Shown piece by piece: positions 29,077-38,238 of a DNA stretch of 50,035 nt. The notes below the pieces were generated by a model that did not search any database, was not told the DNA's origin, and was given only the letters and a program-made list of their open reading frames with translations. The stretch lies in assembly GCA_044343855.1 (NCBI GenBank), contig JBIJDX010000001.1, positions 1 through 50,035 of the forward strand, read 5' to 3'. Within the stretch, counting starts at the first letter, position 1, and every line of letters starts with the position of its first letter. The stretch is from Flavobacteriales bacterium. GTDB lineage: Bacteria > Bacteroidota > Bacteroidia > Flavobacteriales_F > PHOS-HE28. A program made the position numbers and the translations under genes.

Positions 29077-30719
29077 TGCGCCCGGCACATTACCTTGTGG
29101 CGATGCTTTCAGATCACCTCCCACTTCAATTCAGCCTGGTCATCCTGCTTGCGGTATCCCCATTGGCACGAACAGCCTGCGGACAGGACCGCACGGGAGC
29201 GGCGGCAAGCAAGTTGGAAAGCCTGCTCTACCACATCGACCGCATGTATGTGGACGAGGTGAACAAGGACGAACTGGTCGATGCCGCCATCATCCGCATG
29301 CTGGAGGAGCTGGACCCGCATTCCGTCTACATCCCGAAGGATGAACTGGAGGAGGTGAACGAACCGCTGAAGGGCAATTTTGACGGCATAGGGGTTCAAT
29401 TCAATCTGGTACGTGACACCATCTATGTGGTGGACGCCATCGCCGGCGGGCCTTCGGAGCGACTGGGTATCAGGGCGGGGGATCGCATCCTCACCATCAA
29501 TGACTCAACGGTGGCCGGGGTGGGCTTTCGGAACAGCGACGTGATGAACCGGCTGCGCGGCCCCAAGGGCACCAAGGTGAAGGTGGGCATCATGCGTCGC
29601 TCGGAACCGGAACTTCTGGAGTTCGTCATCACCCGTGACAAGATCCCGATCTTCAGCGTGGAGGCCGCCTACATGGCAACCCCGAAGGTGGGATACATCA
29701 AGGTGAGCCGCTTCAGTGCGACCACCATGAAGGAGTTCCGAAGCAAGCTCTCCGAGCTGAAGGCGGCGGGAATGCAGGACCTGGTCCTTGACCTTCAGGG
29801 CAATGGTGGGGGCTACCTGCGCACGGCCATCGAAATGGCGGACGAATTCCTCGGCGACCGCCGCCTGATCGTTTATACGGAAGGGCGTAACTCGCCGCGC
29901 GATGAGACCTATGCCACCAAGGAAGGCGGTTTTGAAAAGGGCCGGCTCGTGGTGTTGGTGGACGAAGGCTCCGCAAGTGCGAGTGAGATCGTGGGCGGCG
30001 CTGTCCAGGACTGGGACAGGGGGCTCATCGTGGGCAGGCGCAGCTTCGGGAAAGGCCTGGTTCAACGGCCTGTGATGCTACCGGACGGTTCGGCTGTCAG
30101 GCTGACCATCTCACGCTACTTCACTCCATCCGGAAGGTGCATTCAGAAGTCATACGATGAGGGGCCGGAGGCATACCAGCGCGAAAAGGAGCAACGACTT
30201 GCAAGCGGCGAACTCACCTCCGCAGCCAGCCTTCAACCGGCCGATACGCTGAAATACTTCACCATGAACAAACGGGTGGTATACGGGGGCGGTGGTATCT
30301 CGCCGGACGTCTTCGTACCCATCGACACCATCCAGAGCTCCAACTATTTCGGACAGTTGGTGCGCCGAGGCACGCTCAACACCTTCGCCCTCCAGTATGT
30401 GGACCAACACCGCTTGGAACTGCTGAAGGCCTACACCGAGCCGCATGATTTCCTTGCCCGCTTCACCGTGGGCGAGCAACTGGTGGACCAGCTTGTGGAC
30501 CAGGCAGGGAAGGACGGGGTGGAACCTGATGAAGCAGGTCTTGCCAAGTCGCGCGAACTGCTGAACACCCGCCTGAAGGCACTCATCGCCAGGGACCTGT
30601 GGGACACTTCCGCCTATTGGATGGTGATCAATGCCCAGAACCCGGTGGACCGTAGTTTCCAGCGCGCTTTGGAGGTGTTGAGCGACAACACCTACCAACG
30701 CCTCGGAATGGCCCGATGA
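29076..30719 (+). CDS. Carboxy-terminal processing peptidase (S41 family)
   Basis: The ATG at 29076 overlaps the pbpC TGA by 1 nt; the track start at 29073 is TTG. It has a PDZ region and motifs LDLQGNGGGYL and DEGSASASEI. Confidence 0.9.
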   Translation: MRPAHYLVAMLSDHLPLQFSLVILLAVSPLARTACGQDRTGAAASKLESLLYHIDRMYVDEVNKDELVDAAIIRMLEELDPHSVYIPKDELEEVNEPLKGNFDGIGVQFNLVRDTIYVVDAIAGGPSERLGIRAGDRILTINDSTVAGVGFRNSDVMNRLRGPKGTKVKVGIMRRSEPELLEFVITRDKIPIFSVEAAYMATPKVGYIKVSRFSATTMKEFRSKLSELKAAGMQDLVLDLQGNGGGYLRTAIEMADEFLGDRRLIVYTEGRNSPRDETYATKEGGFEKGRLVVLVDEGSASASEIVGGAVQDWDRGLIVGRRSFGKGLVQRPVMLPDGSAVRLTISRYFTPSGRCIQKSYDEGPEAYQREKEQRLASGELTSAASLQPADTLKYFTMNKRVVYGGGGISPDVFVPIDTIQSSNYFGQLVRRGTLNTFALQYVDQHRLELLKAYTEPHDFLARFTVGEQLVDQLVDQAGKDGVEPDEAGLAKSRELLNTRLKALIARDLWDTSAYWMVINAQNPVDRSFQRALEVLSDNTYQRLGMAR

Positions 30720-30777
30720 GAGGTTGCCGCATCTGTTAATGCTTCGTTAAGGCATCGCACGGGTGGTCCGTGTACGC

Positions 30778-30785
30778 TAATTTTG
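30778..30785 (+). promoter_or_regulatory. Candidate -7 box (TAATTTTG) upstream of the DUF1573 gene
   Basis: Exact TAnnTTTG match 30 nt upstream of the ATG at 30815. It lies downstream of the track start at 30770, which argues for the shorter ORF. Confidence 0.45.
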
Positions 30786-30814
30786 TCCCGAAACCAACAG
30801 ATGAACACCATCCC

Positions 30815-31324
30815 ATGAAAGACAAAATCCAGATCGGCCTGCTTGCCGTGATCGCGGTGGCCCTCGTTGCCCTTGCCGTCCAGCAATTCTCCGGAGACAA
30901 GGGTGGATCTTCATCCGGAGCAGTGGCGGTGACCGACGGTGCTGCGCCCGCCTCTCCCACCACCTTCGACCCGATGGCCAAGCCTGCGGAGCCGGTGGAC
31001 AACACCCCGAAGACCACCATCCAGTTCGCCCAGTACGAACATGACTTCGGCAACATCAAACAGGACACGGACAACAAGAAGATCTTCACCTTCACGAACA
31101 CCGGCTCGGAACCCCTCCTGATCGAAGCGGCCAATGGAAGCTGTGGCTGCACCGTACCCAACTATCCGAAGAACCCCATCCCCCCGGGCGGCACCGGCGA
31201 GATCGAAGTGGTCTACAAGCCCGGCAAGCAGGAGAATGCGCAGACCAAGACCGTGACCGTGGTGGCCAACACCGAACCCAAGGAGACCCAGTTGAAGATC
31301 ACTGCCAACGTGCAGAAGATCTGA
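30815..31324 (+). CDS. DUF1573 domain protein with an N-terminal membrane anchor
   Basis: TM helix IGLLAVIAVALVALAV, a low-complexity linker, then FTFTNTGSEPLLI...GSCGCTVP, the DUF1573 hallmark. Confidence 0.8.
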   Translation: MKDKIQIGLLAVIAVALVALAVQQFSGDKGGSSSGAVAVTDGAAPASPTTFDPMAKPAEPVDNTPKTTIQFAQYEHDFGNIKQDTDNKKIFTFTNTGSEPLLIEAANGSCGCTVPNYPKNPIPPGGTGEIEVVYKPGKQENAQTKTVTVVANTEPKETQLKITANVQKI

Positions 31325-31344
31325 GCCTCCCCGCATCAGGCAGG

Positions 31345-31376
31345 AGCCCCGATGGACCCTTCCATCGGGGCTTTTT
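31345..31376. terminator. Bidirectional rho-independent terminator between convergent genes
   Basis: Perfect 11-bp stem AGCCCCGATGG / CCATCGGGGCT with a 6-nt loop, followed by TTTTT. Confidence 0.65.
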
Positions 31377-31387
31377 CATGTGCCCCT

Positions 31388-31624
31388 TCAGGCCACCATG
31401 TCAATGGCGCGCGCCAGGAGGTGGTCCCGCTCCGTCACCCTGCCGTCCGCATCATGGGTATTGAGCGTGATCGTGACCGTGTTGAACGCATTGGACCAGT
31501 TGGGGTGATGACCCATCCGCTCGGCCACGAGGGCCACCCGGGTCATGAAGGAAAAGGCCGTCACGAAATCGTCGAAAACGAACCGCTTACAGAGGCCATC
31601 GGCCCGTTCCTCCCAGCCGTTCAT
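31388..31624 (-). CDS. phhB: Pterin-4-alpha-carbinolamine dehydratase (PCD/DCoH family)
   Basis: 78 aa. FxFxDF start, HHPNW motif and TLNTHD. Its ATG overlaps the S46 stop (ATGA). Confidence 0.85.
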   Translation of the reverse strand: MNGWEERADGLCKRFVFDDFVTAFSFMTRVALVAERMGHHPNWSNAFNTVTITLNTHDADGRVTERDHLLARAIDMVA

Positions 31625-33813
31625 CGGTGAAGGGGCAGTTCTATCAGCTGCATCGGAGCAGGCGCAGGAGCCAGAACCATTTCATCGAGCAGGTGCGAGG
31701 CTCCGGCATACCTGTCGATCAGGAACAGGATGTACCGCACGTCCACGCAGATGTTCCTGCATTTCTCCGGATCGAACTGGATGTCGCTCATGGTACTTTC
31801 CCAAGTCCGGTCGAAGTTCAGCCCGATCAGTTCGCCGCGGCCGTTGAGCACCGGACTGCCACTGTTGCCTCCCGTGGTGTGCAGGGAGGAGGTGAAGCAG
31901 ACCGGAAGGGTGCCGTTGACCCCATAAGGGCCATAGTCCTTGGTCCGGTAAAGTTCCAGCAGTCGAGGGGGGACATCGAACTCCACGTCCCCTGGCACAT
32001 ACTTCTCCATCACGCCTTCCAGGGTGGTGAAGGCACCATAGGTGACACCATCCCGTGGGCTGCTGCCCTCCACCCTGCCATAGGACAGTCGCAGGGTGCT
32101 GTTCGCATCGGGCCAGAACGTGCGGACCGGTTCCAGGTCCATCTGTCCTTTCACGTAGCGGCGCATCGCCCCCTCGATGCGTTCACCCAGCACCGTATGC
32201 TGGGGGCGAACCTCCTGTAGGAAATTGCCGAAGATGCTCTGACTGACACGGAAGAGGGGATCCCTCGACAGCTTGTACAGGGCACCCTTCGTGGATTTCG
32301 AGAATGCGCTTCTGAGACGGGCGGCATCCGTGAAGACACTGCGGGCATACAACTCCTCCACCCATGCGTCCACATCACCCTTGTAGCGGGTGTCCAACTC
32401 CTGCAGGAACGACGGTGCGAGCGCTTCCGGCATATGCATGCGGTAGAACGGCAACAGCGCCTTGAACACGCGCTTGTCCACCTCCACATCGTAGTTCTGG
32501 AAATGGACCTCCGCTGCTGCCAGCCGCTGGTCGCGCTCGGCATCCAGCTTGCCCGATGCGCTCATCTGGGCGTGCTCCAACAGCAGGCCCTTGAACCCAT
32601 CGGCGAATCGGAGTGCTTCGGGCCCGTAGTAGGCCATTTCCACGAAGAGATCGCGGGCGGTGGCGTATGGGATGTAGTCGCGGTATGCCTGCTCCAGCTC
32701 GGGCAGTACCGTTAGCAGGTCGATGCGACCGGCACTGGCGGCGCGTTCATTGAAGACCTTTTCCTGTTCGCGCTTTCGGTCCAGCGTGTTCAGCTCCTTG
32801 AGGCCGCGCATCTCCCCTATCCATTTCTTCCAGGCGTTGCTTATGCCGGCCTGCTTGTCAGCATATTGCAGGCGCGTGCGGTCACTGCTTCGCATGGCTG
32901 CATCGATCACCTCCAGGCTGGCCGTGCGCATCTCCACCCTCATGGGATCGGCCTTTTCCAGCACATACGCCACGGCATATGAAGTGAGGTAGCGCTGCGT
33001 GTTACCCGGAAATCCGAAGATCATGGCATACTCACCCTCAACCGGCCCTTCGAGGCTCATGGGCAGCACGTGGCGCGGGGTGAACGGAACGTTTGCATCG
33101 GCGGGATCTGCGGGCTTGTTGTCGGGCCCTGCGTAGATCCTGAACAGGCTCATGTCCGCGTTGTGCCGGGGCCACATCCAGTTGTCCGTATCACCCCCGA
33201 ATTTCCCGATGGCGCTGGGAGGTGCGCCTACAAGCCGCACATCACGGAAGGTTTCCGACACGATGAGGTAATAGCTGTTGCCGTAATTGAAGGGTCGCAC
33301 CACCGCGCGATAGTGGGTGCCCTCCGTGGCCTCCTTTGTGATGGTCTCGGACAGTCGGGACACCACATCACGCCGGGCAGCCTCGCTCATGGCGGGATCC
33401 AGCTCCGGGAAGATGCGGCCGCTCACATCCTCCATGCGGATGATGAAGGTGGCCGTAAGCCCCGGGTTGCGGAGCTCCTCACCTTTGCCGGCTGCCCAGA
33501 AACCGTTCTTCAACCGGTCGTTCTCAACCGTGCTGTGGTCGGTGATGGCACCGAACCCGCAGTGGTGATTGGTGAGGATGAGCCCTTCACGCCCGATCAC
33601 TTCGGCTGTACACCCCCCACCGAACAGCACTATGGCGTCCTTGAGGCTGCTGCGATTGATGCTGTAGATGTCCTCTGCGGAAAGACGAAGTCCGGCGGAC
33701 TGCAGGTCGCCCTCGATGCTCTTCAGCAGGGTGGGCAGCCACATGCCCTCGTGAGCCAGCACAGGCAGATCGAGGAGCAGGAAGGCAACTGGTAGTGTGC
33801 GTAGGATGCGCAT
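31621..33813 (-). CDS. S46 family dipeptidyl-peptidase (DPP7/DPP11-like)
   Basis: 730 aa with a signal peptide. HEGMWLP start, His motif ILTNHHCG and Ser motif TGGNSGSPVLN. Confidence 0.9.
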   Translation of the reverse strand: MRILRTLPVAFLLLDLPVLAHEGMWLPTLLKSIEGDLQSAGLRLSAEDIYSINRSSLKDAIVLFGGGCTAEVIGREGLILTNHHCGFGAITDHSTVENDRLKNGFWAAGKGEELRNPGLTATFIIRMEDVSGRIFPELDPAMSEAARRDVVSRLSETITKEATEGTHYRAVVRPFNYGNSYYLIVSETFRDVRLVGAPPSAIGKFGGDTDNWMWPRHNADMSLFRIYAGPDNKPADPADANVPFTPRHVLPMSLEGPVEGEYAMIFGFPGNTQRYLTSYAVAYVLEKADPMRVEMRTASLEVIDAAMRSSDRTRLQYADKQAGISNAWKKWIGEMRGLKELNTLDRKREQEKVFNERAASAGRIDLLTVLPELEQAYRDYIPYATARDLFVEMAYYGPEALRFADGFKGLLLEHAQMSASGKLDAERDQRLAAAEVHFQNYDVEVDKRVFKALLPFYRMHMPEALAPSFLQELDTRYKGDVDAWVEELYARSVFTDAARLRSAFSKSTKGALYKLSRDPLFRVSQSIFGNFLQEVRPQHTVLGERIEGAMRRYVKGQMDLEPVRTFWPDANSTLRLSYGRVEGSSPRDGVTYGAFTTLEGVMEKYVPGDVEFDVPPRLLELYRTKDYGPYGVNGTLPVCFTSSLHTTGGNSGSPVLNGRGELIGLNFDRTWESTMSDIQFDPEKCRNICVDVRYILFLIDRYAGASHLLDEMVLAPAPAPMQLIELPLHR

Positions 33814-33847
33814 GCGGCGAAACTACGGCATAGAGAACTTGGCCGCC

Positions 33848-34111
33848 TCAGGGTGCCTCCTCCGTACCACGGTCTACCGCTCGGCCATCCCGGTGATCGA
33901 CGCCACCATGATCACCGGACAACAACCAGGCAAGCAACACGATCACCAGGAGCACGAGGAACGCCTTCGGATCGCGGTACAGGGGACGCCGGGGTTGCCG
34001 TACGGCTTTCTCGTAGGCGTACACAAGCCGCCTCGCATCACGGAGGCGGGCTATCTCCTCATCGGATGGTTGTCCATGCCCCGGAGGCGTAATGCGATAA
34101 TGACGCTTCAT
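33848..34111 (-). CDS. Small single-pass membrane protein, possible anti-sigma factor
   Basis: 87 aa. Its ATG overlaps the sigma-factor stop (ATGA). It has one TM helix (AFLVLLVIVLLAWLL). I saw no recognisable anti-sigma motif, so the functional call rests on position only. Confidence 0.45.
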   Translation of the reverse strand: MKRHYRITPPGHGQPSDEEIARLRDARRLVYAYEKAVRQPRRPLYRDPKAFLVLLVIVLLAWLLSGDHGGVDHRDGRAVDRGTEEAP

Positions 34112-34641
34112 GGATATTGGTCCAGGTAGTTGCGCAACGTACCCAATGCGCGATGGGTCCTCATCTTGGCCGCATCCTCACCGATCCCCAGCACCTGTCC
34201 CAACTCGGCAAAGCTCAATCCATCCATGTACCTCAGCTCGATGAGCTGTGCGCGGCGCCTGTCGAGGCGGCCCAGACAGGCTGCCAACCTGCGAAGCGAG
34301 CCATCGTCATGCTCGACACCCACTTCATCCGAAAGATGCAGGGCCTCGTTGTGGGCAAGGTCGATGCATACTTCACGGCGCTTGCGCCAGAACATGCGCA
34401 ACTCGTTCAGTGCGATGCGGTAGAGCCAGGCCCTGAAGGGCAGACCCCGCGGTTCGTACCGGTGCAGTCCGAGCATTGCCTTGAGGAATGTCTGCTGTGC
34501 GAGGTCGGCTGTCAGTTCCCGGTCCTGGGCGCGTCGGAGGATGAAGCGGAAGATGGCGGCGAAATGGCGCTCGTACAAGACCCCGAAATTGCGGGGATCC
34601 ATCCGTGCCGACCGTATTTCATCCTGCTCGCTGTCCATCAT
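34108..34641 (-). CDS. ECF-type RNA polymerase sigma-70 factor
   Basis: 177 aa. Region 2 (FRAWLYRIALNE) and region 4 HTH (LSFAELGQVLGIGEDAAKMRTHRA). Confidence 0.9.
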   Translation of the reverse strand: MMDSEQDEIRSARMDPRNFGVLYERHFAAIFRFILRRAQDRELTADLAQQTFLKAMLGLHRYEPRGLPFRAWLYRIALNELRMFWRKRREVCIDLAHNEALHLSDEVGVEHDDGSLRRLAACLGRLDRRRAQLIELRYMDGLSFAELGQVLGIGEDAAKMRTHRALGTLRNYLDQYP

Positions 34642-34740
34642 CGCGCGTCATGTGCACCATGGAGTTCAATGCACAGTGTGCGGAAAGTAACGCCTGCGCC
34701 CAGAAGCCCTGCCGCTGGCCGCGAGTATCTTCGGAGCTCC

Positions 34741-37700
34741 ATGGGACATCCACGTGCATTCCTCCTCGTTCTCATCGCACCGATCGTGCTGCATGCCAGG
34801 GCCGGTGGACCGCATATCATCGAGAACAAGGGACAATGGCCGGGTGCGGTCACCTATCAGGCGGCGCTGGACGGTGCCGTTCTCTGGTTCGAGCGCGATG
34901 GAGTGTTGATCGACCTGTTCGATGCGAAGGCTGCCGCGCAGGCGCACGGCCGGGTCGGGCAGCCGCCGCTGGAGCTCATCCACAGGCATGCGGTCAGGTT
35001 GCGGTTCACCTCGGCTGGTACTGCAACCCGGTGCACAGCGGACAGCACCATCGCGGGAGACCATCACTACCTCCTTGGCGCGGATCGGCGCAGGTGGGTG
35101 CGCCACGCCCGCGCGTTCCGCCAGGTGCGGATGACAGCGGTCGCGCCCGGCTGCGACGCTGTCTTCAGGTTGAACGGTGGCACGGCCAAGTATGACCTGC
35201 ACGTGCGGCCCGGTGCGGATGTGAATGCAGTGCGGTTCACCTATGAGGGTGCCACTGATGTGAGCCTGCGCGGAGCCACACTGCTGGTGGAGACCACATT
35301 GGGACGGATCACTGAACACATCCCGATCGCCTACCAGGTCATCGAGGGTCGCCATGTACCTGTGCAGTGTGCCTACAAGGCGTTCAAGGATGGTTATGGC
35401 TTCGCGGTGGGTGCCTATGACAAGGGCCAACCGTTGGTGATCGACCCCACGCTCGCCTTCGCCACCTACTCCGGTTCATTCAGCAACAACTTCGGGTACA
35501 CCGCAACCTTCGACCGCGCCGGCTTCCTGTATGCAGGCAGCACCGCCTTCGGCAGCCAGTATCCCACCACCACAGGTGCGTACCAAGCGGCTTTTGCAGG
35601 CGGGACCGGCCAGGGCGGCAACGGGGGCACCGATATCGTGATTACCAAGTACGACACCACTGGCACCTTCCTGGTGTGGAGCACATACATCGGCGGGTCC
35701 CGCGATGAGATGCCGCACAGCCTGATCGTGGATGAGAACGATGAACTGCTGCTGCTCGGCACGACCGGCTCCACGGACTTCCCGATGGTTAGTGACGCGT
35801 TCGACGGAACCTTTTCCGGTGGAAGCGCGGTGACCCCCGCCGGTCTTGGGGTCTCCTTTCCGTCAGGAACGGACATGGTACTTGCACGCCTGAGCGCGGA
35901 CGGCTCCTTGTTGCGCGGTACCACCTACCTCGGCGGCAGCGCCAATGACGGGCTCAACTCTGCTGCGGGCCTGAGATCCAACTATGCCGACGAGGTCCGC
36001 GGCGAAGTGCTCCTGGACTCCCAGGGGCGGGTATGGGTTGTGAGCTGCACGCAAAGCACCAACGCACCCGCGACACCCGATGCGGCATTCCCCACCTACC
36101 GTGGTGGAACGCAGGATGGCTACGTGGCGCGCTTCGATGCCACGCTCACAACGCTCCAGTATGCCAGCTTCATCGGTGGAGGTGCATCCGATGCCTGTTA
36201 CAATGGTGCGGTGGGCCAGAACGGCAACCTCTACCTATGTGGCGGTACAACGAGCAACGACCTGCCCGTGAGCCCCAATGCAGCCCGGCCGACCAATGCG
36301 GGCGGCAGTGCCGAAGGGTTCGTTGCCAGCCTTGGCCCCATGGGCCTTGATGCTCTCACCTACTGGGGATCCACGGCCTACGATCAGGTCTACTTCATCG
36401 AATTGGATGCGACGGGCAGTCCCTTCCTGTTCGGACAGACCACCGCCCCATCCGGTCAGCTCATCGTGGATGCCACCTACCAGGTTCCCGCCGGCGGCCA
36501 GTTCATCACCAAACTCTCTCCGGACCTTTCGGCCATACTCCTTGGAACACGGTTCGGAAGCGGCGATGGCACACCCGACATTTCGCCCACGGCATTCCTT
36601 GTCGATGTGTGCAACAAGATCTACACGAGCGGCTGGGGCAGCAGTCCGGGATTGGGCGGATCGCTCTCCACCAATGGACTTCCCGTGACACCGGATGCCC
36701 ATCAGTCCAGCACCGATGGCAATGACCTCTACCTCGCCGTGTTCGACATCGACATGAGCGACCTGACCTATGCCACCTACTATGGCGGTGGCCTCAGCCC
36801 TGAACACGTGGATGGCGGGACCAGCCGTTTCGATCGCAGGGGACGGGTCTATCAGAGTGTTTGTGCGGGCTGCCAGAACAACGATGACTTCCCCACCTCA
36901 CCGGGTGCGTGGAGCGCAACCAACAACAGCAGTGGCTGCAACAACGGGGTGCTCAAGTTCGACTTCGATGCGCCGCTGGTGATCGCCGCTTTCCAGGCAC
37001 CTGACACCCTTTGCGCTGGTGTTCCGTTGACCTTGGTGAACCTGGGCAGCGGCGCCAGCAGCGTGCAGTGGGACTTCGGGGATGGCAATACAGGTACACT
37101 TCCGTCACCCACCCATACCTACGCTTCGCCCGGAACGTACACGATCACGCTGACCGCCACGAACCCGCTCAGCTGCAACGGACAGGACAGCGCGCAGCGC
37201 ACCATCGTCATCCTGCCCCAGGCCCCCCTGGTACAGGCCATGCCCGACACGCTCAGCTGCGGAACCATGGCGTCGCTGCCCCTGGTGGCGGGCGGTGATG
37301 GAACGGCGGTGTCATGGCAATGGAGCAGCCTGCCCGACTTCGGCAACACACTGAACGGAACGCCACTGGATAGTGTGGCCGTGTTGCAACCGGTCATTTC
37401 CGGAACCTATTTCGTGCGCGCCACGAATGCAGCAGGTTGCCCATCCGTTGACAGCGTAGTGGTCCGCGCTCCGTTCGCCCAGGCATCCCTCATTGCCGAG
37501 AACCTCATCTGCAGGGGGGACACGGTGGTGATATGCTCCTTCGAGGCTGGCTATCCCACGCTGTGGGAGCCCGCGGATGAGATCATCGATGTGGTGAACA
37601 ACGGCCACTGCGCCCTGGTGGCCCCGGACGGTGATACGGAGATCTTCGCCTCGCTCACAGGACCGTTCGGCTGCTCGTGGTCGGGATCCATCGTGATCCA

Positions 37701-38238
37701 GGCATCCCCACTGTCCGCATCCACGGTAACGGCCAGCGCGAACACCACTACCGTGCTCGCGGGTTCCACAGTGCAGCTTCTCGCCACACCCGGTACCGGG
37801 GTCACCTACAACTGGCAACCCGCAGCCTCAGTAAGCGATCCGACCATTGCCAACCCCACCGCCTCCGTGCAGCGAACCACCACCTTCACCGTCACCGTCA
37901 GCGACGGCATCTGCACGCGCAACGCGCAGGTGACCGTGATGGTGTATGAACTGGTCTGTGGCATGCCGGACATCTTCGTACCCAATACGTTCACACCCAA
38001 CAACGATGGTTCCAACGACCGCCTGTACGTGCGTGGGAACAACATCGCACGCATGGAGTTCCTGGTGTTCGACCGCTGGGGCGAACTCGTCTTTGCAACG
38101 GAGCAGCAGGACGTGGGCTGGGACGGAACATATAAGGGCAGGCCCGTGGACCCGGCTGTATTCGTTTATCATCTCACGGTGGATTGCGCGGATGGCCAAC
38201 GTTACTTCACCAAGGGCAATGTCAGTGTGCTGCGATGA
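34741..38238 (+). CDS. Large cell-surface protein with SBBP beta-propeller repeats, a PKD domain and a T9SS type B (gliding-motility-associated) C-terminal domain
   Basis: ORF 34117..38238 was trimmed to the ATG at 34741, since the upstream part is antisense to the sigma gene. It has a signal peptide. The PKD signature VQWDFGDGNTG...YTITLTATN lies near 37063-37230. The C-terminal motif is VPNTFTPNNDGSNDRLY...FDRWGELVF...WDG. Confidence 0.85.
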   Translation: MGHPRAFLLVLIAPIVLHARAGGPHIIENKGQWPGAVTYQAALDGAVLWFERDGVLIDLFDAKAAAQAHGRVGQPPLELIHRHAVRLRFTSAGTATRCTADSTIAGDHHYLLGADRRRWVRHARAFRQVRMTAVAPGCDAVFRLNGGTAKYDLHVRPGADVNAVRFTYEGATDVSLRGATLLVETTLGRITEHIPIAYQVIEGRHVPVQCAYKAFKDGYGFAVGAYDKGQPLVIDPTLAFATYSGSFSNNFGYTATFDRAGFLYAGSTAFGSQYPTTTGAYQAAFAGGTGQGGNGGTDIVITKYDTTGTFLVWSTYIGGSRDEMPHSLIVDENDELLLLGTTGSTDFPMVSDAFDGTFSGGSAVTPAGLGVSFPSGTDMVLARLSADGSLLRGTTYLGGSANDGLNSAAGLRSNYADEVRGEVLLDSQGRVWVVSCTQSTNAPATPDAAFPTYRGGTQDGYVARFDATLTTLQYASFIGGGASDACYNGAVGQNGNLYLCGGTTSNDLPVSPNAARPTNAGGSAEGFVASLGPMGLDALTYWGSTAYDQVYFIELDATGSPFLFGQTTAPSGQLIVDATYQVPAGGQFITKLSPDLSAILLGTRFGSGDGTPDISPTAFLVDVCNKIYTSGWGSSPGLGGSLSTNGLPVTPDAHQSSTDGNDLYLAVFDIDMSDLTYATYYGGGLSPEHVDGGTSRFDRRGRVYQSVCAGCQNNDDFPTSPGAWSATNNSSGCNNGVLKFDFDAPLVIAAFQAPDTLCAGVPLTLVNLGSGASSVQWDFGDGNTGTLPSPTHTYASPGTYTITLTATNPLSCNGQDSAQRTIVILPQAPLVQAMPDTLSCGTMASLPLVAGGDGTAVSWQWSSLPDFGNTLNGTPLDSVAVLQPVISGTYFVRATNAAGCPSVDSVVVRAPFAQASLIAENLICRGDTVVICSFEAGYPTLWEPADEIIDVVNNGHCALVAPDGDTEIFASLTGPFGCSWSGSIVIQASPLSASTVTASANTTTVLAGSTVQLLATPGTGVTYNWQPAASVSDPTIANPTASVQRTTTFTVTVSDGICTRNAQVTVMVYELVCGMPDIFVPNTFTPNNDGSNDRLYVRGNNIARMEFLVFDRWGELVFATEQQDVGWDGTYKGRPVDPAVFVYHLTVDCADGQRYFTKGNVSVLR

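Noticed and set aside
34657-34669. A GAAC word upstream of the ECF sigma gene as a possible ECF -35 element.
   Set aside because: On the minus strand it lies only about 20 nt from the ATG. That leaves no room for a -10 element and a leader, and a four-base match is not informative.
34117-34740. The 208-codon upstream extension of the adhesin ORF.
   Set aside because: It is antisense to the well-supported ECF sigma gene. The ATG at 34741 yields a signal peptide.
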